Below, piece after piece: positions 27,101 to 36,793 of a stretch of 64,000 nt of DNA. The notes under the pieces were generated by a model. The model worked only from the letters and a program-made list of their open reading frames with translations, was not told where the DNA came from and made no database searches. The stretch comes from a virus (taxonomy: Duplodnaviria > Caudoviricetes). The stretch is taken from positions 106 to 64,105 of the IMG/VR virus record IMGVR_UViG_2974751938_000001; one strand, given 5' to 3'. The translations under genes were made by a program, and so were the position numbers. Every line of letters begins with the position of its first letter. Positions within the stretch are counted from its first letter, which is position 1.

Positions 27101-29653
27101 GCCGCCGCGACGCCGATCAACTGGGTCATCAACCACGTGATCAACGGTGGTATCGGCCGAGCATGGAAGGCCGTCGACAACTTCCTCGGTGGGCACCTGC
27201 CCGACTGGAAGGACGTCGGTACCATCGGCGGCGAGCAGCCTGGCGCACCCGGCATGGCCCGCGGTGGTGTCGTCCCGATGGAGCCCGGCGCCGTCGCTGG
27301 CAAGGACTCGGTCAACCGCGTCCTGATGCCCGGCGAGTTCGTGCTGTCGGTCCCCGCCGTGAAGGCCGTTGGACTCGGCAACCTCATGAACCTCAACACC
27401 GCGGCGCTCAACGGCAACCGCAGTGCGAACCAGGGCATGATCCCGCAGACCAACGCCGGTGCCGTCCGGCTGGCGAACCGCCAGTACGGCATGGAAGGTG
27501 GCGGCGAGGTCAAGAAGGGCGACCCGGCGTGGGAGGCCGTCAAGCGCGGCATGGACTACGCGCAGCGTCACCAGCCCCGGCCCTACGTCTGGGGTGGCTC
27601 GTCCGGCCCCGACGGCGGTACCGACTGCTCCGGCTGGATGAGCGAGATCGCCGACGTCGTGCTCGGCGGGGGAGGCCTTCAGCGCAAGTGGGCCACCGGC
27701 GCGTTCCCCGGCGGCGGCGGCACCCAGGGAGACACCGTCAACGCTGGCGGTCAGACCTGGAAGGGTGGCCTGAAGGCCGGTATGTCCATCGGCGTCTCCA
27801 CGGTCCACACCGCGGGCACGATCGGCGGGCTCCCCGGCCTGGCGGCCACCAACATCGAGTCCGGCGGCAACACCGGCCAGGGTCCGACCTTCGGCGGTCC
27901 GGCCGTCGGCGCCGACCACGGCCAGTTCCCGTCGCGCTACCACCTGCCCATCGTTGACGGCGAGTTCGTCGGCGGTGGCGGTGGCGACGACACCGAGCAG
28001 GTCCGCAAGGGCATCACGCGCTGGGCCGAGAAGGCCTTCGACACCGCGCTCTCGCCGGTCAAGAACCTGCTCAACAGCGCGATCTTCAACCCGCCGCCCA
28101 TGCTCCGAGAGGTCCCTCGGAACATGTACAACGGCATGGTCGAACCGGCCAAGGACAAGCTGCTCGACAAGGTCTCCGATCTGACCTCGGTCAGCGGGTG
28201 GAAGAACCGTCTCGGCGGCGCCGTCTCCTCGATCCGCAAGGGAGTCGGCGGCGCGCTCGAAGGGGTCAAGAACTTCCTCTTCGACACCGGCGGCGTCATC
28301 CGCCCCGGCACCACCGTGGTCCAGAACGACACCGGCCAGGACGAGTACCTGCTCAACCCGCTCGACACCGTCCTGCTCCGCGGGCTCACGTCGGCGCTCC
28401 GCGCACTCGGCGTCAACCCGTCGATCAATGCCACCCCGAGCACCCCGACCACGCCGAGCACGACTACGACGCCCGACACCCAGGACGTCAACATCTCCTC
28501 GGTCGGCGGGAAGAACACCACCCCCGGAGAACTGCCGGTCCCTGAGCAGAAGGAGATCGCGCCGCCGACGGAGGCCGACCTCAACGACGGCGTCACCAAC
28601 GACGGCCAGCAGAAGCAGCGCACCATCGACGCTGTCATCGCCGAGGGCAAGCGCCGCAACCTCTCTGACGACGACATCAAGGCCGCGATCGCGACCGTGC
28701 TCGTCGAGTCCGAGGGCGAGATCTACGCGAACGAGTCGGTCCCCGAGTCGATGCAGATCGCGCACACCAAGGTCGGCAGCGACCACGACTCGGTCGGCCC
28801 GTTCCAGCAGCGGAACTCGTGGGGCAGCGCGGCCGATCGTATGGACCCGACCAAGTCCGCGGGCCTGTTCTACGACGCGCTCGCCAAGTCCGGCGCTACC
28901 GGCACCACCGGCCAGCGCGCGCAGGCCGTCCAGCGGTCCGCGTTCCCGGAGAAGTACGACCAGCGCACCGAGGAGGCCGCCGGGTACCTCGCGAACTACA
29001 AGCCTGCCGGTGACACCCCGGCTGGGACCAAGAACGACCCGGTCAACGTCACCACTAACGACGACTGGCCGACCACCGCGAAGGGGGTCGAGCCTGGCGA
29101 CAAGACGGGGAGTGCCTACGACCAGAACCTTCAGGGTGCGGCGATCGGCAAGGACGGCTCGTACAAGCCGGACAACAACGTCACCCCCGGAACCGACAAG
29201 GGAGGGCTCGCCAAGCAGAGCCCGACCCTTCAGCAGTTGTGGGACTCGCAGTACGGCAAGACCGCGCAGAGCTTCGCCAAGCACACCCCGCTCGGCATCG
29301 GCGGCCCCCAGATGGAGACCATCGGCAAGAAGATCCCCGCGATCAGCGAGCTTGCCACCGGCGTCGCCAAGGCCGCCCCGTCGTGGGCCGCAGCGCTCGC
29401 TGGTGACCCGACCCAGTTGGCCGCCAACGTCGCCACGGCGACCGGCGCCTGGGCCACGAAGACCGCGACTGACTTCGCCAGCTACATTCCGGAGAACGCC
29501 GGAGGCATGTTCGAGTCGCTGCTGTCGGCCGCCGCTGGACCGCTCATTGGTACTGTCAACACCGGTATGAGCAAGGACGACTTGACGTCAACTATGGAAG
29601 ACGTGCAGAACCGGCAAGCCCGCCGTACCAAGACCGGACGACGGAGGTACTGA
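24110..29653 (+). CDS. Tape measure protein with C-terminal NlpC/P60-like and lysozyme-like domains
   Basis: 1847 aa with amphipathic repeats; YVWGG..TDCSG; IATVLVES..HDSVGPFQQR. Confidence 0.93.
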   Translation: MAKTFLVGEGAVRLVPNAAGFHQRARKDLAGTKLNVGVDLRPDAKGFRQEARSRLQPIKLTHDVKLRADATGFSRDAKAKLDARKQLVVKAKIEATVDRGSIATAHKEMQAQLSAMGPLKVEIGASVDNASLRRALDFLRAKVEAARITANINSRNGANRGGYGAGGGGRGGSGGGRGRPARTAAITTGVVMAPIVTKAAVGGLTALVGAASQAAGALGLLPAAATAAGAGLAAIAIGAAGIGGAFSALGKESASAGNAVEQSASQQASAQRQIEQADRGLATAHRGVTRALEDLNAARKDAVRRLRDMNDELKMAPLNEREAALAIKEATKRLQEAYASGDSLEIEGAQIDLEKSKLQYDQLKKQNSDLAADVAEANKKGVEGDSQVIQAKDGVTDAVNGLKDAQDALASAMESAAESTKSMAGGVDQLAQAMAKLSPNAQDFVRKVHALGPAWTETRKFIQDRLFEGMGDAVTNLATRQLPVLKIGLAGIAGELNGGVREALGVFSTASAAKDFATTLENIRQMWSGIADSFAPFSQGFIDVTTVGSEFMPRLGTAVRDMAFSFRDSMAEWRADGTMQNFFETSLTMAKQLGRILGNVGAILYQVFSAGAEVGGGFLNTIETATAELREFLGSAEGQEGLKTFFEGVKVAVQTLAPIIQIVASTLLTTLGPALTDLVIGLGPGLVAMFEGLSQGLGAIQPVMSVVGEALGGLGRELGEVFKVLGPVIAETLAALAPAVTPLAQLLGSIIKGLAPILPLIGTVVGALVGALAPAFQKITDALGPVIQSLVDALMPVIPPLAEAFGQVASVLGGALAEIITALAPVIGEIALGFADLVMALLPILPVLADLVTDLLPGIMTVLNAILPIIPTIVQALVSVVNFIVPILIPVLNVLSTVVSTVFTWIANIIGWAIRNVVVPVLTFVIKAVTNVGDIFTWLWNNAIKPAWDGLSTAIKWAWENVISPVFESLKTGISKVGDFFSNVVDGIKKTWETLKNAAATPINWVINHVINGGIGRAWKAVDNFLGGHLPDWKDVGTIGGEQPGAPGMARGGVVPMEPGAVAGKDSVNRVLMPGEFVLSVPAVKAVGLGNLMNLNTAALNGNRSANQGMIPQTNAGAVRLANRQYGMEGGGEVKKGDPAWEAVKRGMDYAQRHQPRPYVWGGSSGPDGGTDCSGWMSEIADVVLGGGGLQRKWATGAFPGGGGTQGDTVNAGGQTWKGGLKAGMSIGVSTVHTAGTIGGLPGLAATNIESGGNTGQGPTFGGPAVGADHGQFPSRYHLPIVDGEFVGGGGGDDTEQVRKGITRWAEKAFDTALSPVKNLLNSAIFNPPPMLREVPRNMYNGMVEPAKDKLLDKVSDLTSVSGWKNRLGGAVSSIRKGVGGALEGVKNFLFDTGGVIRPGTTVVQNDTGQDEYLLNPLDTVLLRGLTSALRALGVNPSINATPSTPTTPSTTTTPDTQDVNISSVGGKNTTPGELPVPEQKEIAPPTEADLNDGVTNDGQQKQRTIDAVIAEGKRRNLSDDDIKAAIATVLVESEGEIYANESVPESMQIAHTKVGSDHDSVGPFQQRNSWGSAADRMDPTKSAGLFYDALAKSGATGTTGQRAQAVQRSAFPEKYDQRTEEAAGYLANYKPAGDTPAGTKNDPVNVTTNDDWPTTAKGVEPGDKTGSAYDQNLQGAAIGKDGSYKPDNNVTPGTDKGGLAKQSPTLQQLWDSQYGKTAQSFAKHTPLGIGGPQMETIGKKIPAISELATGVAKAAPSWAAALAGDPTQLAANVATATGAWATKTATDFASYIPENAGGMFESLLSAAAGPLIGTVNTGMSKDDLTSTMEDVQNRQARRTKTGRRRY

Positions 29654-30573
29654 TGAACGGCGGTCTCAGCCGAGGCGACAAGACCTGGATCATCTTCCGA
29701 GGTCCGGAGGGTGGTCGGTTCTGGCTGTCCGGGATGCGCGGACGCGGCAAGCAGGGGGTCGAACTCTCCAACGGTCTCGTCGGCCTCGACCGGCCGCCGA
29801 CCGAACTCGTGTGGCTTCAGGAAGCCCACCAGAACGGTGCCGACCTCGTCGGCTCGAACGTGGACGTCCGCACGATCAAGGGTGCCGTCAACATTCTCGG
29901 CAAGACCCCGCGGGACCTGCGCGCGGCCTACGACGACTGGCAGCGCAACAACTTCGTCGACCGCTACTCGCGCATGTTCTTCATCAACAGCTACAGCGGC
30001 GTCCGGTTCCTCGACGTCCTGCTGGCCGAGAGCCCGAACACGTCGATCGAGAAGGACCCGGCGCTGCTGAAGCGACTGGTCGACTACTCGTGGTCGTGGG
30101 TTTCGCCGAACCCCTACTACAAGGGCTACTCCGAAACCTTCACCGCCAAGGTCCCGGCCAGCGGCGAAACCACCGTCCGAGTGAAGGTCCGCAACCTCGG
30201 CTCGGCGCCGCGCACGTACCCCCGGATCTACCTGCCCGGCCCCGGTACCTGGCACATTCCCCGCGGTACCCGCGAGGTCAACTGGCGCGGCGAAGAGGGG
30301 CTCGGCCCCCTCGTCGAGGCCGATACCATCCCGCTCCCCACGCTGAAGTCCGGCGAGGGGATCTGGCTCAACCCCGACCCTCGCGTCGAGACGATCACCC
30401 GAGTCAGCGCCGACGGCAAGGAGAAGAACCTCTGGGCACAGATGAGCGGCCAACGGCCGAAGCTCTGGCTCAACCCCCGGTCGCAGGAGGACTGGGCCTT
30501 CCGCGTGACCGGCGGGCTTCAGGGCCGCGAGGTCAAGATGATCGTCCAGCCCCTCTACCTCTCGTTCTGGTGA
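29653..30573 (+). CDS. Minor tail protein (distal tail, Dit-like)
   Basis: First gene after the tape measure; GPEG..FWLSG motif. Confidence 0.8.
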   Translation: MNGGLSRGDKTWIIFRGPEGGRFWLSGMRGRGKQGVELSNGLVGLDRPPTELVWLQEAHQNGADLVGSNVDVRTIKGAVNILGKTPRDLRAAYDDWQRNNFVDRYSRMFFINSYSGVRFLDVLLAESPNTSIEKDPALLKRLVDYSWSWVSPNPYYKGYSETFTAKVPASGETTVRVKVRNLGSAPRTYPRIYLPGPGTWHIPRGTREVNWRGEEGLGPLVEADTIPLPTLKSGEGIWLNPDPRVETITRVSADGKEKNLWAQMSGQRPKLWLNPRSQEDWAFRVTGGLQGREVKMIVQPLYLSFW

Positions 30574-30577
30574 CCAC

Positions 30578-32197
30578 ATGACCGCCGCACTGATGGACGC
30601 ACCCCCGATCCCGCTGGACGACCGCGGGATCGTGCCGCGCTGGCGCTCGGAGACCGAGATCGAGATCCGCCGGTGGATCGACGACGATCCAATGGGCCTC
30701 GAAGGCTACTGCAACGACTTCATCGAGGCCGAGGTCGAGTTCGCCGAGAACGAAACCGGCCCCGGCCAGATCGAGGTGCCCCACAACTCGAAGTGGGCCA
30801 AGATCTTCGCCAACTGCGACAACGAGAACATCTTCGTCCACGTCAAGGTCAACGGCGAGTGGTGGACCGGCCGCGTCGACAAGTGCCGGAAGAAGCGCAA
30901 GGGCAAGAAGCGCACCGTCATCGCCGAACTGGTCAACGACTACGTCTGGCTCGAAGCTATGTTCTGCTGGCCGAACAACTTCGCCCCGCTCGGGGTCCAG
31001 TGGCCGAAGAAGAACGTCAAGCTCATGCCGTCGAAGAGCATGATCGAGGCCTACCTGTTCGAGGTCATCTTCCGGTTGCAGGCCTTCGGCAGCGGGCTCT
31101 ACCGGTTCCCCATCGGGTTCTTCAACAACCCCGGTGAGAACTGGTGGTCGATGAACGTCAAGGACTGGGCTCAGCCGTGCGTGGTGATCCCCGGCAACAT
31201 CTTGTACGACACGACCCGCTGGAACACCCTCCTCGCGCGCATGACGCCGCTCGACGAACTGTTCAAGGACGTGCTCTACGACGAGCACCTGGTCCTGTCG
31301 GCGAAGGCCTGGGTCCGCGGACGAGACCCGCAGCCGTCGAAGTCGATCACGCTCGAAAAGTCGTGTATCTACTTCGAGGTCAAGGACAAGCGCGGCGTCG
31401 TCGGCCGCACCGGCACGCTGCTTGACGGCCTGTTCAACACGGTCATCGACACCCTCGACCCGATCGTCGGCAGCGTGATCGGAGCGTTCACCGAGAACTC
31501 CGAGATGTACTCGCTGAGCAAGTTCTTCGGCACCGACCCCAAGGACCCCTGGGTGGTGATCCGCGAGGACGACCTCGACGACGACATCGAAGAGTCCGAG
31601 GTCATCATCAACTCCCCGCAGGCCGTCACCGGGATCGTCGGCGGCCAGAGCCCGGAGTGGCTGAACAAGGGGATCGAGATGGTCGCCAACGCGGCGATCT
31701 CCGGCCTGCTCGCAATGGCCGGGATCTCGTTCCTGTCCGACCTGATCTCCGGCGAACTCTCCGACATCTTCCTCGCCTTCCAGAGCCAGACCGACGAGCG
31801 TCGCCGGGCCAAGTTCGGCATCTTCGCGCTCCCCGAGGCCTACAGCGGGACCGGCACTACCGCGTACACCTTCGACGCGGTCCAGGCCCTCCGCAAGATC
31901 ATGTTCGAGACCCGGCCGTACCGGTCGTTCTCGGTCACGCTCAACGACGGGAAGCCGTTCATCCCGTTCGTCCACTTCGGCATCGGCGACCCGATCGGCT
32001 GGGAGGACGAGGGCGAGATCCACGTCGACTACGTCCGGCGGATCACCGTCACGATGAGCCGCGACAACAAGACCCGACTCACCATCAAGGTCGGCGACGA
32101 CCAGGGGTTGAAGGACCCGATGGAACTGGCGATGAAGCGTATCCAGGGGGTCAAGCAGGCCTTCGACTTCTGGACTTTGTCGGATGCCGGGTCCTGA
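30578..32197 (+). CDS. Minor tail protein (baseplate hub)
   Basis: 539 aa; synteny; HFGIGD.IG..RITVT motif. Confidence 0.8.
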   Translation: MTAALMDAPPIPLDDRGIVPRWRSETEIEIRRWIDDDPMGLEGYCNDFIEAEVEFAENETGPGQIEVPHNSKWAKIFANCDNENIFVHVKVNGEWWTGRVDKCRKKRKGKKRTVIAELVNDYVWLEAMFCWPNNFAPLGVQWPKKNVKLMPSKSMIEAYLFEVIFRLQAFGSGLYRFPIGFFNNPGENWWSMNVKDWAQPCVVIPGNILYDTTRWNTLLARMTPLDELFKDVLYDEHLVLSAKAWVRGRDPQPSKSITLEKSCIYFEVKDKRGVVGRTGTLLDGLFNTVIDTLDPIVGSVIGAFTENSEMYSLSKFFGTDPKDPWVVIREDDLDDDIEESEVIINSPQAVTGIVGGQSPEWLNKGIEMVANAAISGLLAMAGISFLSDLISGELSDIFLAFQSQTDERRRAKFGIFALPEAYSGTGTTAYTFDAVQALRKIMFETRPYRSFSVTLNDGKPFIPFVHFGIGDPIGWEDEGEIHVDYVRRITVTMSRDNKTRLTIKVGDDQGLKDPMELAMKRIQGVKQAFDFWTLSDAGS

Positions 32198-32233
32198 CCG
32201 ATAGACTGACCCCGACCGAGGGAGACAAGCACC

Positions 32234-33352
32234 ATGACTACACCCGTGACCACCGTCAAAGAGGCGATCGTCAAGCTGATCCTGCGCTGGGACGGCGACG
32301 CGATGGACTACGAGTCCGAGCGTCGAGCGATCATCGAGGTCACCAACGGAGTCGGCGAGCTTCTTCTCCCTCGCGGCCGACAGGGCGACAAGGGTCTGGA
32401 TGGAGAGCCCGGACCCAAGCTGGCCCCGGACCTCATCGTGAACTACGCCGACGACGGGGTGGCCCACGCGAACCTCCCGAGCGGTCTCGCCGACGGCGAC
32501 CGCGGGTACGTCGTGCTCAACGACACCACCAAGACCGCGTTCTTCTGGAACGGCGAAGACTGGACCGTCGTTCACGACGTCGTCGGCCTCCAAGGCGAGA
32601 TGGGACCCTCGGTCGGCTTTACCATCGGCACCGTGACCACGTCGCCGTCCGGCGGCTCCGCACAGGTCTCGATCGACCCCTCCTCGACCGCGACGAACAA
32701 GGTGCTCAACTTCGTCCTGCCCCGTGGTGGTCAGGGAGCCGTCGGTGTCGGCCAGAAGGGCGAGCCCGGCGATGCGCTCTCCGGCGCCGGAGACGTCGAC
32801 ATGGGAGAGGACGGGCCGGTCGACGGCCAGGTCCTCGTCTACGACACCACCATCGGCAAGTGGCGGCCCATGAGCTTCGCCAGCGGGCCGGTAGGACCCT
32901 ACGGCCTTGGCCCCAACGACTTCACCGCGATCAACGACAACAACTGGTCGCAGGACTACAAGACCGTCGCCCAGATCCAGATCCCCGAGCAGGGGTTCGC
33001 CTGGCACCCGCGGGTCTTCGCGCAGTGCGACGTCCGGCTCACCGGCATCCAGGCCCGAGTCGACCTCGAAGCTCGCCTCGGCTCGCCGACCGGCCCCGTC
33101 GTCGGCCGCGGGCCTGGCAACACCGTGACCACCCTGCTCGACAACTACTACCCCCGAGACCTCTCCCCGGCTTTCGAGGGTGGACCCATGACCCCCGAGT
33201 CGACGAGCTACTCGGTTCCCAAGGGCACCGTCGGCAACATCTACCTCACCCTGCGCCGCATCGACACGCTGGCGACCTTCGGCGTCTCCACCCGGAAGGA
33301 CCGAGCTTCGATGGTGGTGTACTGCGACCCGATCCCCGGATCGGAGACGTAG
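32234..33352 (+). CDS. Minor tail protein with short collagen-like Gly-X-Y runs
   Basis: GRQGDKGLDGEPGP, GQKGEPGD. Confidence 0.78.
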   Translation: MTTPVTTVKEAIVKLILRWDGDAMDYESERRAIIEVTNGVGELLLPRGRQGDKGLDGEPGPKLAPDLIVNYADDGVAHANLPSGLADGDRGYVVLNDTTKTAFFWNGEDWTVVHDVVGLQGEMGPSVGFTIGTVTTSPSGGSAQVSIDPSSTATNKVLNFVLPRGGQGAVGVGQKGEPGDALSGAGDVDMGEDGPVDGQVLVYDTTIGKWRPMSFASGPVGPYGLGPNDFTAINDNNWSQDYKTVAQIQIPEQGFAWHPRVFAQCDVRLTGIQARVDLEARLGSPTGPVVGRGPGNTVTTLLDNYYPRDLSPAFEGGPMTPESTSYSVPKGTVGNIYLTLRRIDTLATFGVSTRKDRASMVVYCDPIPGSET

Positions 33353-33355
33353 TCG

Positions 33356-35293
33356 ATGAGCGACGCTATCGAGCACAACCGGGGGACACCCGAAGAGCTT
33401 CTGCTCGCCGGTAAGCAACTCGCGCTGAAGAGCGATGCCTGGTCGGATCTCAGCGTCGAGCAGATCGTCCAGAAGATCCTCGACCTGTTCGGTCTCGACA
33501 TTCCGAACTGGCAGGAGATCATCGCCAACTTCGAGGACCTCCGCAAGGCGATCGAGGGGACCTACGTCGGTTCGGACGCCGCGCTCAACGCGATCCAGGC
33601 CGTCATCGGGACCATCCGGCGGCTGGCGACCGGCATCATCAACCCGTCGCGACTCCCGCTGATCCCGTTCTCCCACATCGGCGAGGCCTACCCCAACCTC
33701 CTCGAAAACGGAGGCTTCGACGGTTCCGATTCCCTTGACGGAGAAGGGATCTGGACCTGGGACTCGACAGAGGGCCACACGGCTCCCGGCGCAGCGAAGG
33801 CCGTTGCCGACGGCACCCGGAAAGTCCTGCTGTCGAACTCGGTCCCGGCCACGCCCGAACAGAAGTTCGACTTCGCCGGTTGGGTGAAGTGGACCGGCGT
33901 CACCGGTGGCATGGCCTCCTTCCGCGTGAGCGCCGTCGCCTTCAGCGGGACCGCGGTCGTCGAGGAGAAGGTCGTCGCCAACATCGACGCTCCCGTGGCG
34001 AACAAGACCTGGACCGAGATGGTCGGCACCTACCAGGTCCCCACCGGCGCCGACAGCGTCCGCGTGCAGGTCGAGATCGGAGCCACCGTCACCGCGGGCA
34101 CCGTGTGGTGGGACGACATGAAGGTGTCGAAGTACGGCACCCTGCCCCAGCGCTTCGTCAACGGCCTTATCGACGCGCTCGGCGATCTTGGCGCCGGGAT
34201 CGTCTCGGTGGTCACTCAAATCGGCAACCTCTTCGACAAGATCACCGGTGTCGTCGGAGCCACGATCAGCGATGTCCAGCAATGGATCTCGCAACTGAAG
34301 ACGATCCTCTCCGGCGGGACCGTCGGCTCCGGCCTGCTCCCGACCCTGTCCGAGGCCCTGCGCTCGTCGCTCGGGAACCTTCAGACCTTCGTCCAGGATC
34401 TCGTCAACGCGATCATCCAGGCGATCCGCGGAGTCCCCGTCGTCGGCGGGACCCTGGCGAATATCCTCACCGACCTCACCGGCCTCCGGACCACGGCCGA
34501 CGTCGCCAAGGTCACCGCGATCACCGCGGACCTGAAGGCCGACGACAACGCGTCCGCGATCTCCGACCTCGGGAACCGGCTCCGGGCAATGGCGGTGACC
34601 CAGCAGTGGGTCTCTCTCTCGACTCAGGACATGGCCTCGTTCCCGCGGGTGCTGCTCGGCCTGGGAACCTCCGATCGCACCGGGACCTACACCGTGTCGG
34701 GCACCACGGGCTCCGGCGGCGCCTCCGGCGGTTCGCACACCCACAGTTTCAACGACGGTTCGCACAGTCACACGATGGGTAGCTCGATGCCGACGCTGTC
34801 GCCGGGCAAGAGTTCGGTCGCCTACGTGCCGATCGTCGTCGACCGCTACTGCCGTCCGCGGTACCTGAAGCTCATCACCGGCTCGTCCGGCTGGTCGCTG
34901 TTCACCATCGACAACTGGTACGTCGCGCTCTGCAAGTACAACCCCAATACCGGGAAGGTCGTCAAGATCTGGGACGGCGGGGACCAGAAGAGCGTGATCG
35001 GCACAGCCCGACGCCTCTTCGCCTTCGACATGGGGACCGCGATGGACAACCTCGTGCCGGGTGAACTGCTCTTCGCCGCGCAGGTCCAGAACGCCGGGCT
35101 CGTCGTCAGCACGCGTCCCCTGGCCGGTCTCTGGCAGCCTGGCCTGACCGACCCGACGGCCGACATTCTCGTCGCCCCGTTCTACCGCTACAGCGGGTCC
35201 AGCATCCCCAACGAGGTCGACCTGTCAGCCCTCACCCCCGACAACGATCAGTTGCCCTGGATGGGTGTCGGTACGATCCCCGCGGCGGCCTGA
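33356..35293 (+). CDS. Minor tail protein with a carbohydrate-binding-like module
   Basis: NLLENGGFDG..VWWDDM galactose-binding-like domain. Confidence 0.75.
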   Translation: MSDAIEHNRGTPEELLLAGKQLALKSDAWSDLSVEQIVQKILDLFGLDIPNWQEIIANFEDLRKAIEGTYVGSDAALNAIQAVIGTIRRLATGIINPSRLPLIPFSHIGEAYPNLLENGGFDGSDSLDGEGIWTWDSTEGHTAPGAAKAVADGTRKVLLSNSVPATPEQKFDFAGWVKWTGVTGGMASFRVSAVAFSGTAVVEEKVVANIDAPVANKTWTEMVGTYQVPTGADSVRVQVEIGATVTAGTVWWDDMKVSKYGTLPQRFVNGLIDALGDLGAGIVSVVTQIGNLFDKITGVVGATISDVQQWISQLKTILSGGTVGSGLLPTLSEALRSSLGNLQTFVQDLVNAIIQAIRGVPVVGGTLANILTDLTGLRTTADVAKVTAITADLKADDNASAISDLGNRLRAMAVTQQWVSLSTQDMASFPRVLLGLGTSDRTGTYTVSGTTGSGGASGGSHTHSFNDGSHSHTMGSSMPTLSPGKSSVAYVPIVVDRYCRPRYLKLITGSSGWSLFTIDNWYVALCKYNPNTGKVVKIWDGGDQKSVIGTARRLFAFDMGTAMDNLVPGELLFAAQVQNAGLVVSTRPLAGLWQPGLTDPTADILVAPFYRYSGSSIPNEVDLSALTPDNDQLPWMGVGTIPAAA

Positions 35294-36375
35294 TGTGGTC
35301 GCCGACGCCGGTCCCCGACGAGGACGTCAACCACGGTCTCGGCTGGTCGGCCGACGGACCCCCTGACGTCCCGATCGACCCTGTCGTCGGCTGGTGGGTC
35401 AAGAAGCAGTTGCTCGGCCAGTCGATCAGCTACGCCGAGTTCACCGCCGTCATCAAGGCCTACCTCACCGCGCTCTCCGCAGCACAGGCCAGCTTCCCGA
35501 CCCAGGTATTCGTACACCTGTTCGGAACGCACTACGCCCGAGGCGGGTTCGAGGGTGGAGCCGAGGTCGCCGACGCTCTGCTGAAGGCCTACCTGGATGC
35601 GTGGACCCGAGTCTCGGCCGAGTTCACCGCGCGCGCGGTGCTTGCTCCGAAGGGCACCTACGTCGCGTCGGCCGTCTTCACCGCAGCGATCAAGGCCCGG
35701 CTCACCGCCCAGTCCGTCGGTGTGCTCGTGTCGACGGCGAACCCCTTCACCCATCTCGCCGGAACGGTGTCCGGTCTCAGCGTGCCCTCCGCGGCAGCCG
35801 CATTCAGCGCCGCAGGCCCCGCATTGACGACGTACTCGACCTCCGGGGCATTCTCCTACCCCATCCCTCCCTGGGCTCTCTACATCGACATCATCCTGCT
35901 CGGCGCTGGTGGCGGTGGCTCGGGAGGCAACTCGTTCGGTGCCGACGGCCGCGGTGGCTTCGCCGGGTCCTGGAACGCGATCCGACTGGTGCGGGGGTCC
36001 GACATTCCCTGGACCGAGAGCACGATCACCGGCACGGTCGGCACCCGAGGCAACGGCGGCGCACGAGGCAACGGCGCGGGAACGGCAGGCACCGCGACGA
36101 GCGCGACCTCGGCCAGCGCCGGGACGCTCTCGGCCGACGGCGGCGGCGGCGCATCGGGAACGAACCCGGTGGGAGGCAACTACGTCAACGGCCTGTCCCC
36201 TGGCGACTACTCGTTCCAGGGACAGAACTACACCGGCGGCGCGCAGGTCGGGAAGGACACCGACGGATCTGCGCCCGGCGGTGGTGGCGGCGCCGGTTCC
36301 GGCGGCGTGTTCGGTGGCGACAAGGCCGGACGACCGGGAGCCCCCGGCAGGGCTATATTCAGGGCATATCAGTAG
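35293..36375 (+). CDS. Glycine-rich minor tail protein
   Basis: IILLGAGGGG..GAPGRAIFRAY glycine-rich domain. Confidence 0.75.
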   Translation: MWSPTPVPDEDVNHGLGWSADGPPDVPIDPVVGWWVKKQLLGQSISYAEFTAVIKAYLTALSAAQASFPTQVFVHLFGTHYARGGFEGGAEVADALLKAYLDAWTRVSAEFTARAVLAPKGTYVASAVFTAAIKARLTAQSVGVLVSTANPFTHLAGTVSGLSVPSAAAAFSAAGPALTTYSTSGAFSYPIPPWALYIDIILLGAGGGGSGGNSFGADGRGGFAGSWNAIRLVRGSDIPWTESTITGTVGTRGNGGARGNGAGTAGTATSATSASAGTLSADGGGGASGTNPVGGNYVNGLSPGDYSFQGQNYTGGAQVGKDTDGSAPGGGGGAGSGGVFGGDKAGRPGAPGRAIFRAYQ

Positions 36376-36387
36376 AGGGAGAGACTC

Positions 36388-36732
36388 ATGGCAGCAACGA
36401 ACGCCGACAAGCAGGCGATCGCCGACTACATCGCCAGCCGCGGTGCGAAGATCACCGCGCACAGTGGTGACCCCGGCACCAACGGTGCCAACCAGATCGG
36501 CTCGTCGAGCGGCAACACCACGTGGGGAGCCGCAGCGATCGTCGGCTCCGACGCCGTCGTGACGGGCTCGGCCGTGCCGTTCACCATCCCGGCCAGCACC
36601 ACGGTCTCGCACTTCGGCATCTGGAACGGCTCGACCTTCCTCCGCGGGTACGCGCTCGACGCCTCGATCACGGTCAACGCGACCGGCTCGGCGCCCGTCG
36701 ACATCACCCCGAAGATCAAGTACAGCGGGTAG
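36388..36732 (+). CDS. Minor tail protein
   Basis: HSGDPG..GANQI..FTIPASTTVSHFGIW motif. Confidence 0.7.
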   Translation: MAATNADKQAIADYIASRGAKITAHSGDPGTNGANQIGSSSGNTTWGAAAIVGSDAVVTGSAVPFTIPASTTVSHFGIWNGSTFLRGYALDASITVNATGSAPVDITPKIKYSG

Positions 36733-36743
36733 CTGAGTTTCGA

Positions 36744-36787
36744 CTCTTCTCCGGTCGCGGTGATACGTTCGGACGACCGGAGAGGGG
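36744..36787 (+). promoter_or_regulatory. RBS-sequestering hairpin with an internal extended -10
   Basis: TCTCCGGTCG (36748-57) pairs with CGACCGGAGA (36774-83), covering the SD; TGATACGTT at 36761-69 lies in the loop. Confidence 0.6.
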
Positions 36788-36793
36788 TTATTC

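Noticed and set aside
23645-29284. 1879 aa minus-strand ORF and similar very long antisense ORFs (30533-34771, 44559-48089, 12803-14308)
   Set aside because: Shadow frames of well-supported genes in high-GC DNA; no RBS or motifs.
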